DNA from: Macrostomum hystrix
Taxonomy: Eukaryota; Animalia; Platyhelminthes
Assembly (NCBI GenBank): GCA_950097015.1
Contig: CATNEN010000007.1
Coordinates: 5,208,001-5,272,000 of the forward strand
DNA: 64,000 nucleotides
Direction: 5' to 3'
The notes beneath the pieces are model-generated. The model worked only from the letters and a program-made list of their open reading frames with translations, was not told the origin of the DNA and made no database searches. The position numbers and the translations under genes were made by a program. Below are positions 49,401 through 61,157 of this stretch, piece after piece. Numbering within the stretch: position 1 is the stretch's first letter; each line of letters opens with the position of its first letter.

Positions 49401-52400
49401 GATCCCAGATCCCGATCCCAGATCCCGATCCCAGATCCCGATCCCAGATCCCGATCCCAGATCCCGATCCCAGATCCCGATCCCAGATCCCGATCCCAGA
49501 TCCCGATCCCAGATCCCGATCCCAGATCCCGATCCCAGATCCCGATCCCAGATCCCGATCCCAGATCCCGATCCCAGATCCCGATCCCAGATCCCGATCC
49601 CAGATCCCGATCCCAGATCCCGATCCCAGATCCCGATCCCAGATCCCGATCCCAGATCCCGATCCCAGATCCCGATCCCAGATCCCGATCCCAGATCCCG
49701 ATCCCAGATCCCGATCCCAGATCCCGATCCCAGATCCCGATCCCAGATCCCGATCCCAGATCCCGATCCCAGATCCCGATCCCAGATCCCGATCCCAGAT
49801 CCCGATCCCAGATCCCGATCCCAGATCCCGATCCCAGATCCCGATCCCAGATCCCGATCCCAGATCCCGATCCCAGATCCCGATCCCAGATCCCGATCCC
49901 AGATCCCGATCCCAGATCCCGATCCCAGATCCCGATCCCAGATCCCGATCCCAGATCCCGATCCCAGATCCCGATCCCAGATCCCGATCCCAGATCCCGA
50001 TCCCAGATCCCGATCCCAGATCCCGATCCCAGATCCCGATCCCAGATCCCGATCCCAGATCCCGATCCCAGATCCCGATCCCAGATCCCGATCCCAGATC
50101 CCGATCCCAGATCCCGATCCCAGATCCCGATCCCAGATCCCGATCCCAGATCCCGATCCCAGATCCCGATCCCAGATCCCGATCCCAGATCCCGATCCCA
50201 GATCCCGATCCCAGATCCCGATCCCAGATCCCGATCCCAGATCCCGATCCCAGATCCCGATCCCAGATCCCGATCCCAGATCCCGATCCCAGATCCCGAT
50301 CCCAGATCCCGATCCCAGATCCCGATCCCAGATCCCGATCCCAGATCCCGATCCCAGATCCCGATCCCAGATCCCGATCCCGGTCTCACTGATCTCTCTG
50401 GTTTGGTTCATCTCCAGCTGCTTTCGGCCAATCACCAGCCAGATGCAGGCGAACCAGTGGGCGCTCAGTGCGAACATGGAGATGAGCAGGAGTAGCACGA
50501 GGCTCGAGTACTGAGCATAGCGATCGATCTTCTGGTACAGCTTCACCAGCCGCAGCATTCGGGCCAGCTTCATCAGGTTGAAGGCTTCCTGACAAAGTTG
50601 ATAGAGAAAATTAGGAAAATACTTAGCATCAAAATAGACGATAAAAGTGCACTCAAACTGCTTCAGCTTGAGCTGAGCATCCTAAGGGCGTCCCGCCTTT
50701 TTTGTTCAAAGTGATTTCACAAATTATAAATACGACGTATATCCTAGCTGATATGACAAATCAAAGAGAAACTAGCACATCCCGAGAACTAGAACACAGC
50801 GAGAGGTTCTAGAACACAGCGAGAGGTACTAGAACACAGCGAGAGGTTCTAGAACACACCGAGAGGTTCTAGAACACACCGAGAGGTACTAGAACACACC
50901 GAGAGGTTCTAGAACACACCGAGAGGTACTAGAACACACCGAGAGGTTCTAGAACACACCGAGAGGTACTAGAACACACCGAGAGGTTCTAGAACACACC
51001 GAGAGGTACTAGAACACAGCGAGAGGTACTAGAACACACCGAGAGGTACTAGAACACACCAAGAGGTACTAGAACACACCGAGAGGTACTAGAACACAGC
51101 GAGAGGTTCTAGAACACAGCGAGAGGTACTAGAACACAGCGAGAGGTTCTAGAACACAGCGAGAGGTACTAGAACACACCGAGAGGTACTAGAACACAGC
51201 GAGAGGTACTAGAACACACCGAGAGGTACTAGAACACACCGAGAGGTTCTAGAACACACCGAGAGGTACTAGAACACACCGAGAGGTTCTAGAACACAGC
51301 GAGAGGTTCTAGAACATACCGAGAGGTTCTAGAACACACCGAGAGGTTCTAGAACACACCGAGAGGTTCTAGCACACACCGAGAGGTTCTAGCACACACC
51401 GAGAGGTTCTAGCACACACCGAGAGGTTCTAGCACATACCGAGAGGTTCTAGCACACACCGAGAGGTTCTAGCACACACCGAGAGGTTCTAGCACACACC
51501 GAGAGGTTCTAGCACACACCAAGTGGTGTGCAGTGCTCAGTGCTTTAGTTTGAGTTGAGTTAAGTTTTTTCCTTGAGAAAGCCAATCTTAATGATAGCCA
51601 ACCCGAGTGGCAGAAAATGAGCAGTTCTCAGTAAAATGCAGAGCTTTAATTGAAAAAGCGTCCCAGATTGAGCTGCTGGGTGAGAGACTCGGCTGGCCTA
51701 TTTTCTAACTCCAGCGAACTGAGCAGTGCTTAAAACTAATTTTAAATTTGAAACCAAAGCGCTGCTTGTGATTGATGAGTAGTGAGTGCTGAATTATTTA
51801 GAGAGCACGCAATCACATTGCACAATCCCATTAGTAGATTAAATAAACAAAGAGCGACTCACCATCTTTGTTGCCAGGTCGGAGCTCACGGCGTTGCAAA
51901 TGATGATGATGATGTCGAATGGCACGGCGGCCAGCAGGTCCAGGAAGAACCAAGTCTTCAGGTAGTTGATGGCAATCAGCTTTTGGCAATAGACAACTTG
52001 GCCGCTTTTGCTCACGAATGAGGTGCGAAAGTTGATGCAGATGTCTGCAAAGAATGTCAATCAGGTTTAACTAATTTATTACTATTTTTAGTGCTATAAT
52101 TTCTAAAATTAACTTGTGCGTTCGAAGCTCTGCAGGGAGCGAATCACGCTAGGAAGTAAACAAAAAATGAAATTAAAAAATGCGTCCTGGTCTACTGTCG
52201 CTATTTCCTAAGAGGTTTGCCTGTACATTGCTAATTTTGCTGTCTCCGCAGTTTAATTAGCAGTCTGTGCCTTCTTGTTTTCCTTCGCTCGGGCTCAAGC
52301 TGCGGATCCTCTCTGCCCAGATCCCTGCCTGGCCGCGTCTGCGGAATTCCCCTCCCCCGGGCCCATCCCGGCCATTGGGAGATTATCCAAGCCATGGGAT

Positions 52401-55400
52401 TAAACAGAAAAGCTGTCCCACAAAGTCGCATTTTCGCATGTGTCTGCCGCCGCGCCTCCCGCGACCATCCAGCAGGGACAAAATAAACTTTCGCAGCTTT
52501 CTTTGGCTGGCTTGCTGGAAGCTTTTCTTGCTAATAAAGCTGGCACAAAACTGCTGGATTGAATCTAAATGGCGCCCACCTGTTAATAATGAACGCATAG
52601 ACTACGTATGTCACTACGTCACTGTCACGTAGAGTTTGATGAGCCCACTGGCATGCATTCATTGTACATTACAGGCAAAAAAATTATGAACTTTCAATGT
52701 ACACATTATGTACATTTGATGTACACTCTGTGAACACCTTATGTACATTGGATGTACACTCAGTGAACACATTATGTACATTGGATGTACACTCTCTGAA
52801 CACCTTATGTACATTGTATGTACACTCTGTGAACACCTTATGTACATTGGATGTACACTCGATGAGCACCTTAAGTATATTGGATACAAACTCTTGCGTA
52901 CATTGAATGTACATATAATATACAGTCATAATACAATATACTCAAAATAGTGACTTAGTTTATTTCGTGTACATTAAGCATGAATGCCTAATGCATGGTG
53001 AGCATTCACTTGCCAGCAATGAAGACCACCTCTACCAGCAGGTCGATGACGACACCAGCGTCCTCAACCGCGGCTGAACCGGCCTTCCTGGACCTTCCGC
53101 TGCTGTTCGCCGCGTTGTAGGGCACCATGATGGCGATGTAGAAGGTGAAGAGCAGGATGAGCCAGTCCCAGCTGATCTTCAGCAGCCCATAGTGCAGCAG
53201 GATGCAGCGGGACTTTTTGATCTCCTGCACCTTGTACTCCGGCAGCGCGTTGCCAGCGCTGAGGCTGTGGATCTGCGGGTCGGGGTGGCACAAACTGTCT
53301 GGAGAGGAGGTCCTAAGTTCGAGTCGACTGTGCAACTGACTCAACTGACCTTGTTAAGCTGGCTGAAGGGCTTGTTCTTGCTTTTTGAGTCAAACTGGCC
53401 GCTGAGGTGGTAAAGCACCGCCCTTGACCGGCGCCGCTCGTACTTGAACGTCGAGCTGCGCTCCTCGCCACCGTTGCAGCCGCCATTGCCGCCGCCGCCA
53501 CCGCCAGTCTCTTCCTCGTCTGTAGACTCCGCCGAACCGGAAGCCGAGCTGCGATCGGAGTCGCCGCGGTCGCTGTTGCTTCCGCCGCCGGACCCACTGC
53601 CGCGGCTGCCTCTGCTGCTGCTGCTGCTGCTGTCTAGGCCAGCCTGCCTCGAATCCTCGGCAACTGCGAGAGGCGCCAGTGGCTGCTGCGGCTGCTGCGG
53701 CTGCTGTGATGTCGGCGCTGCTGCAGGCGGTGCTGCCTCGCTGACGAGGGCAGGCCGAGATCGCGCTGTTTTAGACAGTAGGAAGTCCAGTTACTTCCTG
53801 GTTACTCTCTGCACATTCTGGCTACCATGCGATGAAATAGTTTCACCAGTACTCCCTTTAGCAATAGGAGGGGGTGAAATGGCGGGGCGACCAACAAAGC
53901 TGTGTTGCCATGGAAACGAAACCGACGCAAGAAAATCGCTTACTTGCACCGCATAGCTAAAACCTGAGCCTCTGCAAGTGGGTTCTGCACGAAATGGCTG
54001 AACTGATTAGCCCGGGGCATCCAGACCCAGGTGAGGCTGCCGCTCACCTTTCCAGTCAGGAAGCCGCAAATCTTTGAACCGAGCATCCATCAGATTTGAC
54101 GAGAGAGTCCGCATATCACTTTCGCTCTGAATTCCCAACTCCCTACAGAAGTCCTCATTCAGCGACCGGCATTTCTGGGAAAACTCTCCCTGAATTGGGT
54201 CAACCCCACTCCGCATCCACAAGTCGGCCCGAAGGCAAAAATTGGAGAGAAGAGAGGGAGAAAGTGGGAGGATTTGAGAGCTGGTTTGTGTGCGCGTGAG
54301 AACCCCTCACATTCGCTGGGCGTCATGTCGAAATGAAATTGCTTAGAGAATTATGGGGATAATTTTATATTTTACTCGTAGAAAAGGCCTGCCTCCCAGA
54401 TTGGGACGGGGTGCAATTAAACCGATTCGAAAGGGTACAAGAGGATGGAAATGGGACTTTGGGAAACTGCAATCCGGGCTGGATTTTCAGAAAATTAGCT
54501 AAAAAATAAAGAAGTAAGAATAAAGGCAGACTAAATGAAATCAGTGGGAATGTAAGCCGAGGGAATGTAAGCTGAGGGAATGAAACAGAGGGAATGAAAT
54601 CAGGGGTAATGAAATCAGGGGTAATGAAATCAGGGGTAATGAAATCAGGGGTAATGAAATCAGGGGTAATGAAATCAGGGGTAATGAAATCAGGGGTAAT
54701 GAAATCAGGGGTAATGAAATCAGGGGTAATGAAATCAGGGGTAATGAAATCAGGGGTAATGAAATCAAGGGTAATGAAATCAGGGGTAATGAAATCAGGG
54801 GTAATGAAATCAAGGGTAATGAAATCAGGGGTAATGAAATCAGGGGTAATGTAAGCAGCAGCAGGAAGGCAAGCAGATAAAAGCTAAATGCAAGTGAAAA
54901 GGTTGGGGGTCGGTTACGGAGAAGCAGGCGGACTTGAATTCCCATCAGCAGCGGTAAACAGAGCTAAGACTGACCTATCAGCTCCTTGAATAGATTCAAT
55001 TTGGCCGCTCCGCACTTGTCCCAACACGATAAAAATCCCCACTGTCTAGTGTTTAACGTCGTCGAATGTAAATAAATAGAGGCCTGAGATGTCAGAAACG
55101 TTTTGTTCAAAGATTGCACACACAATTTGGATATTGAAATGAGGGGTCAGTGCGTACTGATCTGCCTTTCTGGACAGAATTCTGGTCTAGATGTCCTTCT
55201 GAAATGTATCCAGAAATGTACTATCTGTAGACAGTAGCCATCCCAATCAGTTCTGTATGCTCCTTGTTTAGATTTTGTCGTCATTATTTATCGTGATAAA
55301 AAGTACCTCTACTAGTATCTGTGCGAGACAGGAAGAACTTCTCATGTCACAAACACAGTTCAGTACAGCCATGATTCATTGTCACAAACACAGTTCAGTA

Positions 55401-58400
55401 CAGCCATGATTCATTGTCACAAACACAGCTCAGTACAGCCATGATTCACTGTCACAAACACAGTTCAGTACAGCCATGATTCATTGTCACAAACACAGTT
55501 CAGTACAGCCATGATTCATTGTCACAAACACAGCTCAGTACAGCCATGATTCACTGTCACAAACACAGTTCAGTACAGCCATGATTCATTGTCACAAACA
55601 CAGCTCAGTACAGCCATGATTCACTGTCACAAACACAGTTCAGTACAGCCATGATTCATTGTCACAAACACAGTTCAGTACAGCCATGATTCATTGTCAC
55701 AAACACAGCTCAGTACAGCCATGATTCATTGTCACAAACACAGTTCAGTACAGCCATGATTCATTGTCACAAACACAGTTCAGTACAGCCATGATTCATT
55801 GTCACAAACACAGCTCAGTACAGCCATGATTCACTGTCACAAACACAGTTCAGTACAGCCATGATTCATTGTCACACTGTCACATCAGTACAGCCATGAT
55901 TCATTGTCACACTGTCACATCAGTACAGTGATGACCATTGTCACATTGATACAAACAGATGCTCCTAAATTCCCATGTGAATATCCATGTAAATCTCCTG
56001 TGTCGAATATGATTGTGAATAAGCAGCACTTTATCGATCACTAGGGTCTGCAGTATCAATGTTAGCTGGGTTAGCACGGTTATATAAGGATATAATCCTT
56101 ATATAACCGTGTCCAGCCAGTTGGGGCATCTGTTCAATGAATTTAAATGTAGCAACATCCACTTCCCTCCCATCAATAAGTGTCAATCGATGGCGCTGAC
56201 CGCTTTGTTCCGGCCAGTAAAAATAGGTGGAAATGAGTTTACCAACCGATCAGTTTTATTTGTTTTAATCCGAACGTCTTAAACTATATCAATATCTTGT
56301 TAAATCCGATCTAGACAGGTACTTTAAAAGTACAAAAAGTACTCACCGCATTGTCGCCTCTCCTTCGTGATGTCCTTGTGCGAGGCCAGAAAGAGTACAA
56401 CGTCGCCCTTCTCATTCTTGATTGGCACAATGTCCAACAGGCAGACGAACTGGCCCCCTGCAGTGTGGGATCGTTTTGAGAACATTGGGGATCAACTGGA
56501 GCTGAGGGGATCACAGCTGCCGCTCTGAGGGATCAACTGGAGCTGAGGGGATCACAGCTGCCGCTCTGAGGGATCAACTGGAGCTGAGGGGATCACAGCT
56601 GCCGCTCTGAGGGATCAACTGGAGCTGAGGGGATCACAGCTGCCGCTCTGAGGGATCAACTGGAGCTGAGGGGATCACAGCTGCCGCTCTGAGGGATCAA
56701 CTGGAGCTGAGGGGATCACAGCTGCCGCATTGAGGGATCAACTGGAGCTGAGGGGATCACAGCTGCCGCTCTGAGGGATCAACTGGAGCTGAGGGGATCA
56801 CAGCTGCCGCATTGAGGGATCAACTGGAGCTGAAGGGATCACAGCTGCCGCGCTGAGGGATCAACTGGAACTGAGGGGATCACAGCTGCCGCTCTGAGGG
56901 ATCAACTGGAGCTGAGGGGATCACAGCTGCCGCTCTGAGGGATCAACTGGAGCTGAAGGGATCACAGCTGCCGCGCTGAGGGATCAACTGGAACTGAGGG
57001 GATCACAGCTGCCACACTGAGGGATCAACTGGAACTGAGGGGATCACAGCTGCCGCTCTGAGGGATCAACTGGAGCTGAGGGGATCACAGCTGCCGCTCT
57101 GAGGGATCAACTGGAGCTGAGGGGATCAAAGCTGCCGCACTGAGGGATCAACTGGAGCTGAGGGGATCACAGCTGCCGCGCTGAGGGATCAACTGGAACT
57201 GAGGGGATCACAGCTGCCGCGCTGAGGGATCAACTGGAACTGAGGGGATCACAGCTGCCGCGCTGAGGGATCAACTGGAACTGAGGGGATCACAGCTGCC
57301 GCATTGAGGGATCAACTGGAACTGAGGGGATCACAGCTGCCGCATTGAGGGATCAACTGGAACTGAGGGGATCACAGCTGCCGCATTGAGGGATCAACTG
57401 GAGCTGAAGGGATCACAGCTGCCGCGCTGAGGGATCAACTGGAACTGAGGGGATCACAGCTGCCGCTCTGAGGGATCAACTGGAGCTGAAGGGATCACAG
57501 CTGCCGCGCTGAGGGATCAACTGGAACTGAGGGGATCACAGCTGCCACACTGAGGGATCAACTGGAACTGAGGGGATCACAGCTGCCGCTCTGAGGGATC
57601 AACTGGAGCTGAGGGGATCACAGCTGCCGCTCTGAGGGATCAACTGGAGCTGAGGGGATCAAAGCTGCCGCACTGAGGGATCAACTGGAGCTGAGGGGAT
57701 CACAGCTGCCGCGCTGAGGGATCAACTGGAACTGAGGGGATCACAGCTGCCGCGCTGAGGGATCAACTGGAACTGAGGGGATCACAGCTGCCGCGCTGAG
57801 GGATCAACTGGAACTGAGGGGATCACAGCTGCCGCGCTGAGGGATCAACTGGAACTGAGGGGATCACAGCTGCCGCATTGAGGGATCAACTGGAACTGAG
57901 GGGATCACAGCTGCCGCATTGAGGGATCAACTGGAACTGAGGGGATCACAGCTGCCGCATTGAGGGATCAACTGGAACTGAGGGGATCACAGCTGCCGCA
58001 TTGAGGGATCAACTGGAACTGAGGGGATCACAGCTGCCGCGCTGAGGGATCAACTGGAACTGAGGGGATCACAGCTGCCGCGCTGAGGGATCAACTGGAA
58101 CTGAGGGGATCACAGCTGCTGCACTGTCGAGGGATCAACTGGATGTTAGCATCCACCTACTTTTTGTACTTTTAATCTGACGATCGGGAATCGCATTCGT
58201 GCTCCAGATTGTGACCAGGCATGTTAATGAGCAGCATTTCAGCAAACTGTTGGATGCTGAAATTCTGGCGGAACAAATTTACGGCACTTTTTCCTTCTCG
58301 ATAAGCCGATTAACGGCCCCAGTGTTTCAGAATTTGGACAAAGCAAATCAATTCCGTTTTCATATTGGGAGCCTTCATTGAATAGCTCGGAATCAAGAAC

Positions 58401-59345
58401 CCGCATTGCATCGGCGCCCGTGCGCCCGAGATAACAGCCAAGACCTGGCCAGATGTCACCTGGCACTGGAGCGAGCCGCTAAGGTCTGAAAAAGTGCGCC
58501 AAAATCGAATCGGTGACGCCAAGTTTAGAGGGCAATATATTCTTCAAAGACTAACGATAGCCAACCCCCACCCCCGGGGCACAGATTAGAACTCCGAGCC
58601 GGAAATATTGCAGAAATATTTCAGGCAATTCCAGAATACCGGTTGTAGCCTTGACAACCGCTGGTGGGTGGGGTTGGGGGCGGCACCGCAGCGGGGACGG
58701 AAGCGGCTCGGCGGAACCGGCGGCCGAAACCAAAGCCGTCCAGGGCACCGCGCGATGAACTGTTAAGTTTAATAATAGTTCACCTGAGGCTTTGGCTCAG
58801 AGTTCGATTTTCTCGGCCCTTTTTACCTATTTAGTTCATAATTCTTACCTGTTCTCACATGTTCTCACCTGACCTCACCTGTTTTCATATTTTATCACCT
58901 ATTCTTATCTGTTCTCACCAGTTCTCACCTGCTTTAATATTTTATCACCTATTATTATATTTTCTCACCTGTTATCACCTGTTCTCACCTGTTCTCATCA
59001 ATTCTCAATAACTCTTACTAATTCTTACCTTAACCTCTACTCACGGCTGATTTCACGTATTCTCAATTAATTTATCCTCAAAATGCTATCCTCGGTGACA
59101 CTTGCCAAACAAACCTGTCTTTTTGTAGAAAAGCAGCTCAGTCTTGAGCTCCCTCTGCGCTAGGAGGCTCTCCTCGATCTTCTGCCGCTCCTCCAACTCG
59201 GTGCCCTGGCCCCACAGGAAGCGGCAGGCGCAGGACTTGGACATCACCTGGGCTCTGGCGAAGCCCGTCAGCTCGCAGAAGCCATCCGAGCAGTAAACGA
59301 TTGGCCGGTCCTTCGCCTGGGCGTTTCCCAGTACAAAGTTGCTGT
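43419..59345 (-). CDS. Elk: Ether-a-go-go-like (Elk/Kv12, KCNH3/4/8 subfamily) voltage-gated K+ channel, 5'-partial
   Basis: Exons on the minus strand: 59345-59115, 56457-56347, 53765-53350, 53272-53014, 52044-51863, 50588-50390, 49246-49004, 48246-48047, 47956-47707, 46752-46538, 46439-46177, 44513-44281, 43897-43419. Phases are consistent (~1093 codons). Motifs: [26 protein letters not shown]; [29 protein letters not shown]; Elk motif [13 protein letters not shown]; S4 [18 protein letters not shown]; pore [14 protein letters not shown]; S6 [13 protein letters not shown]; CNBHD with LTYCDL and YNM; C-terminal coiled coil. The first (PAS-cap) exon was not seen. The last three exons are less certain. 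Confidence 0.93.
44605..44840. repeat. ~24-bp degenerate minisatellite (TTCTGAATGACCATTCTCTGACAC)n
   Basis: About 10 copies. Confidence 0.88.
45828..46100. repeat. ~31/32-bp alternating minisatellite (CGTTAACACCCACCCCAWAATTATCTGCCCC)n
   Basis: About 8 copies in two alternating variants. Confidence 0.9.
46840..47697. repeat. 20-bp minisatellite (GTGAACAGAACGCTCATACA)n
   Basis: About 42 copies running to within ~10 bp of the exon donor at 47706. Confidence 0.95.
48326..48622 (+). mobile_element. tRNA-derived SINE, diverged copy of the family at 62211-62591
   Basis: Shares GCCTYTCGCACCAAGGT, GAGAAGGCTTGGGGGCTTGTCGT, CGCCCTTGAGGGCCAACC, TGCCTCCTYGCTGGC and CTCCTGCAA with the 62-kb copy. Confidence 0.82.
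48795..48925. repeat. ~40-bp repeat (GACCCACAGAGAACCGGGAAATTCCATTTGGCCTTGAAAT), ~3 copies
   Basis: Visible tandem copies in the intron. Confidence 0.8.
49303..50381. repeat. 13-bp perfect minisatellite (GATCCCAGATCCC)n, ~83 copies
   Basis: Fills almost the whole intron 49247-50389. Confidence 0.98.
50782..51521. repeat. 20-bp minisatellite (CTAGAACACASCGAGAGGTW)n
   Basis: About 37 copies. Confidence 0.97.
52690..52915. repeat. 33-bp minisatellite (ATGTACATTGGATGTACACTCTGTGAACACCTT)n
   Basis: About 6 diverged copies. Confidence 0.88.
54590..54851. repeat. 15-bp minisatellite (GAAATCAGGGGTAAT)n
   Basis: About 17 copies. Confidence 0.96.
55345..55945. repeat. 35-bp minisatellite (TGTCACAAACACAGTTCAGTACAGCCATGATTCAT)n
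   Basis: About 17 copies. Confidence 0.96.
56075..56111. other. Perfect 37-bp hairpin palindrome CACGGTTATATAAGGAT-ATA-ATCCTTATATAACCGTG
   Basis: 17-bp perfect arms with a 3-nt loop. Confidence 0.9.
56488..58142. repeat. 41-bp minisatellite (GAGGGATCAACTGGARCTGAGGGGATCACAGCTGCCGCNCT)n, ~40 copies
   Basis: The unit is itself a dimer of GAGGGATCA subunits. The array starts ~30 bp from the acceptor at 56458. Confidence 0.97.
58820..59030. repeat. Degenerate (TTCTCACCTG)n repeat
   Basis: Decamer periodicity. Confidence 0.7.
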
Positions 59346-59519
59346 CTGTGGGATGAGCACAATGGCGGAGGATCGCTGGGTGCTGGGTTGTTGGCGTAGA
59401 GAGAGGGCTACGGCCTCTGAGGGATGCTAGTCGAGGGGTCGAATCCCTTGATTAAACTTGATCAGAGGGTTGAGGGTTTAAGGAGATGTGCTTGTAAGCG
59501 AAGGTTTGTTTGTTTGTAC

Positions 59520-59850
59520 AGGTGTGGGTGTTGGCAAAGAGGTGGGTGTTGGCAATGAGGTGGGTGTTGGCAATGAGGTGGGTGTTGGCAAAGAGGTGGG
59601 TGTTGGCAATGAGGTGGGTGTTGGCCACGAGGTGGGTGTTGGCAATGAGGTTGGTGCTGACGAAGAGGTTGGTGTTGGCAATGAGGTGGGTCTTGGTGAA
59701 GAGGTGGGTGTTGGCAATGAGGTGGGCGTTGGCGAGGTGTGTGTTGGCGAAGAGGTTGATGTTGGCGAAGAGGTGGGTGTTGGCGAAGAGGTGGGTGTTG
59801 CTGGTGTGGTGGGTGCTTTTAGAGTGGTGGGTGCTTTTAGAGTGGTGGGT
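59520..59850. repeat. 18-bp minisatellite (GAGGTGGGTGTTGGCAAT)n
   Basis: About 17 copies. Confidence 0.92.
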
Positions 59851-60329
59851 ATTGTCGGGGGCCAATCAGTATTTTAATGCAGTCAGGTCGAAAATGTCGA
59901 GTTATACTCATTTTAGCCTATTTTAAACAACTGTAAACAACTGTTAGATAGCTTTGGTCAAATATTTGTTCTTCAAGTGTTTGCCCACTTCACTAGTGTA
60001 CTATTCCTGACTGAACTAGGCTGAATTAAGAAATGTACTCAGCATAAGTAAACGGCTGAAGTACTGAATTATTCACGCAGGCGACAGTTCCGCTCCGTGC
60101 ACTTTAGTCCCCTGGCGAATAGTTGATTTCGAATTACAGCCTTGAATTTGTATTCTGTCTGTCCGAGTCAGAGTGAAGTTGAAACTGAAAGTCCTGGACA
60201 CTAATTCTCAGCCAAGAGCAGCCCACGAAAGCGTCCCCTATTCTTTAGACTTATGAATAATGTGTTCTTGAATTAACAGGACAACGCCTATTAGAAAGCG
60301 GTCATGTTGCCCGTTAGACAAGATTCTCA

Positions 60330-61010
60330 ACCGTTAGACAGAACTCTAACTTTTAGACAGGACTGTTACTATGTTAGACAGGACTGTTACTATGGTAGAC
60401 AGGACTGTTACTATGGTAGACAGGACTGTTACTATGGTAGACAGGACTGTTACTATGGTAGACAGGACTGTTACTATGGTAGACAGGACTGTTACTATGG
60501 TAGACAGGACTGTTACTATGGTAGACAGGACTGTTACTATGGTAGACAGGACTGTTACTATGGTAGACAGGACTGTTACTATGGTAGACAGGACTGTTAC
60601 TATGGTAGACAGGACTGTTACTATGGTAGACAGGACTGTTACTATGGTAGACAGGACTGTTACTATGGTAGACAGGACTGTTACTATGGTAGACAGGACT
60701 GTTACTATGGTAGACAGGACTGTTACTATGGTAGACAGGACTGTTACTATGGTAGACAGGACTGTTACTATGTTAGACAGGACTGTTACTATGTTAGACA
60801 GGACTGTTACTATGGTAGACAGGTCTGTTACTATGTTAGACAGGACTGTTACTATGGTAGACAGGACTGTTACTATGGTAGACAGGACTGTTACTATGGT
60901 AGACAGGACTGTTACTATGGTAGACAGGACTGTTACTATGTTAGACAAGACTTTACGATGTTAGACAGGACTGTTACTATGTTAGACAAGACTTTACGAT
61001 GTTAGACAGA
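60330..61010. repeat. 21-bp minisatellite (TAGACAGGACTGTTACTATGG)n
   Basis: About 31 copies. Confidence 0.97.
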
Positions 61011-61021
61011 GCATCGTCAGA

Positions 61022-61079
61022 GAGTGTGTGTGAGTGTGTGAGTGTGTGAGTGTGAGTGTGTGTGTGAGTGTGTGTGTGT

Positions 61080-61116
<37 letters not shown>

Positions 61117-61157
61117 TGTGTGTGTGTGTGTGTGTGTCTGTGAGTGTGTGTGTGTGT
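61022..61157. repeat. (GT)n/(GAGT) microsatellite
   Basis: Dinucleotide run. Confidence 0.97.

Noticed and set aside
49269-50573. Long ORFs of 370-429 aa ([11 protein letters not shown] / [11 protein letters not shown] repeats), one in frame with the Elk S4-S5 exon
   Set aside because: Artefact of a stop-free 13-bp repeat inside an intron with a good donor (50389) and acceptor (49247). Splicing restores the conserved channel sequence.
60304-61005. Cys/Tyr-rich ORF (RQDCYYG)n resembling a structural protein
   Set aside because: A 21-bp intronic minisatellite with near-identical units, no synonymous variation and no signal peptide.
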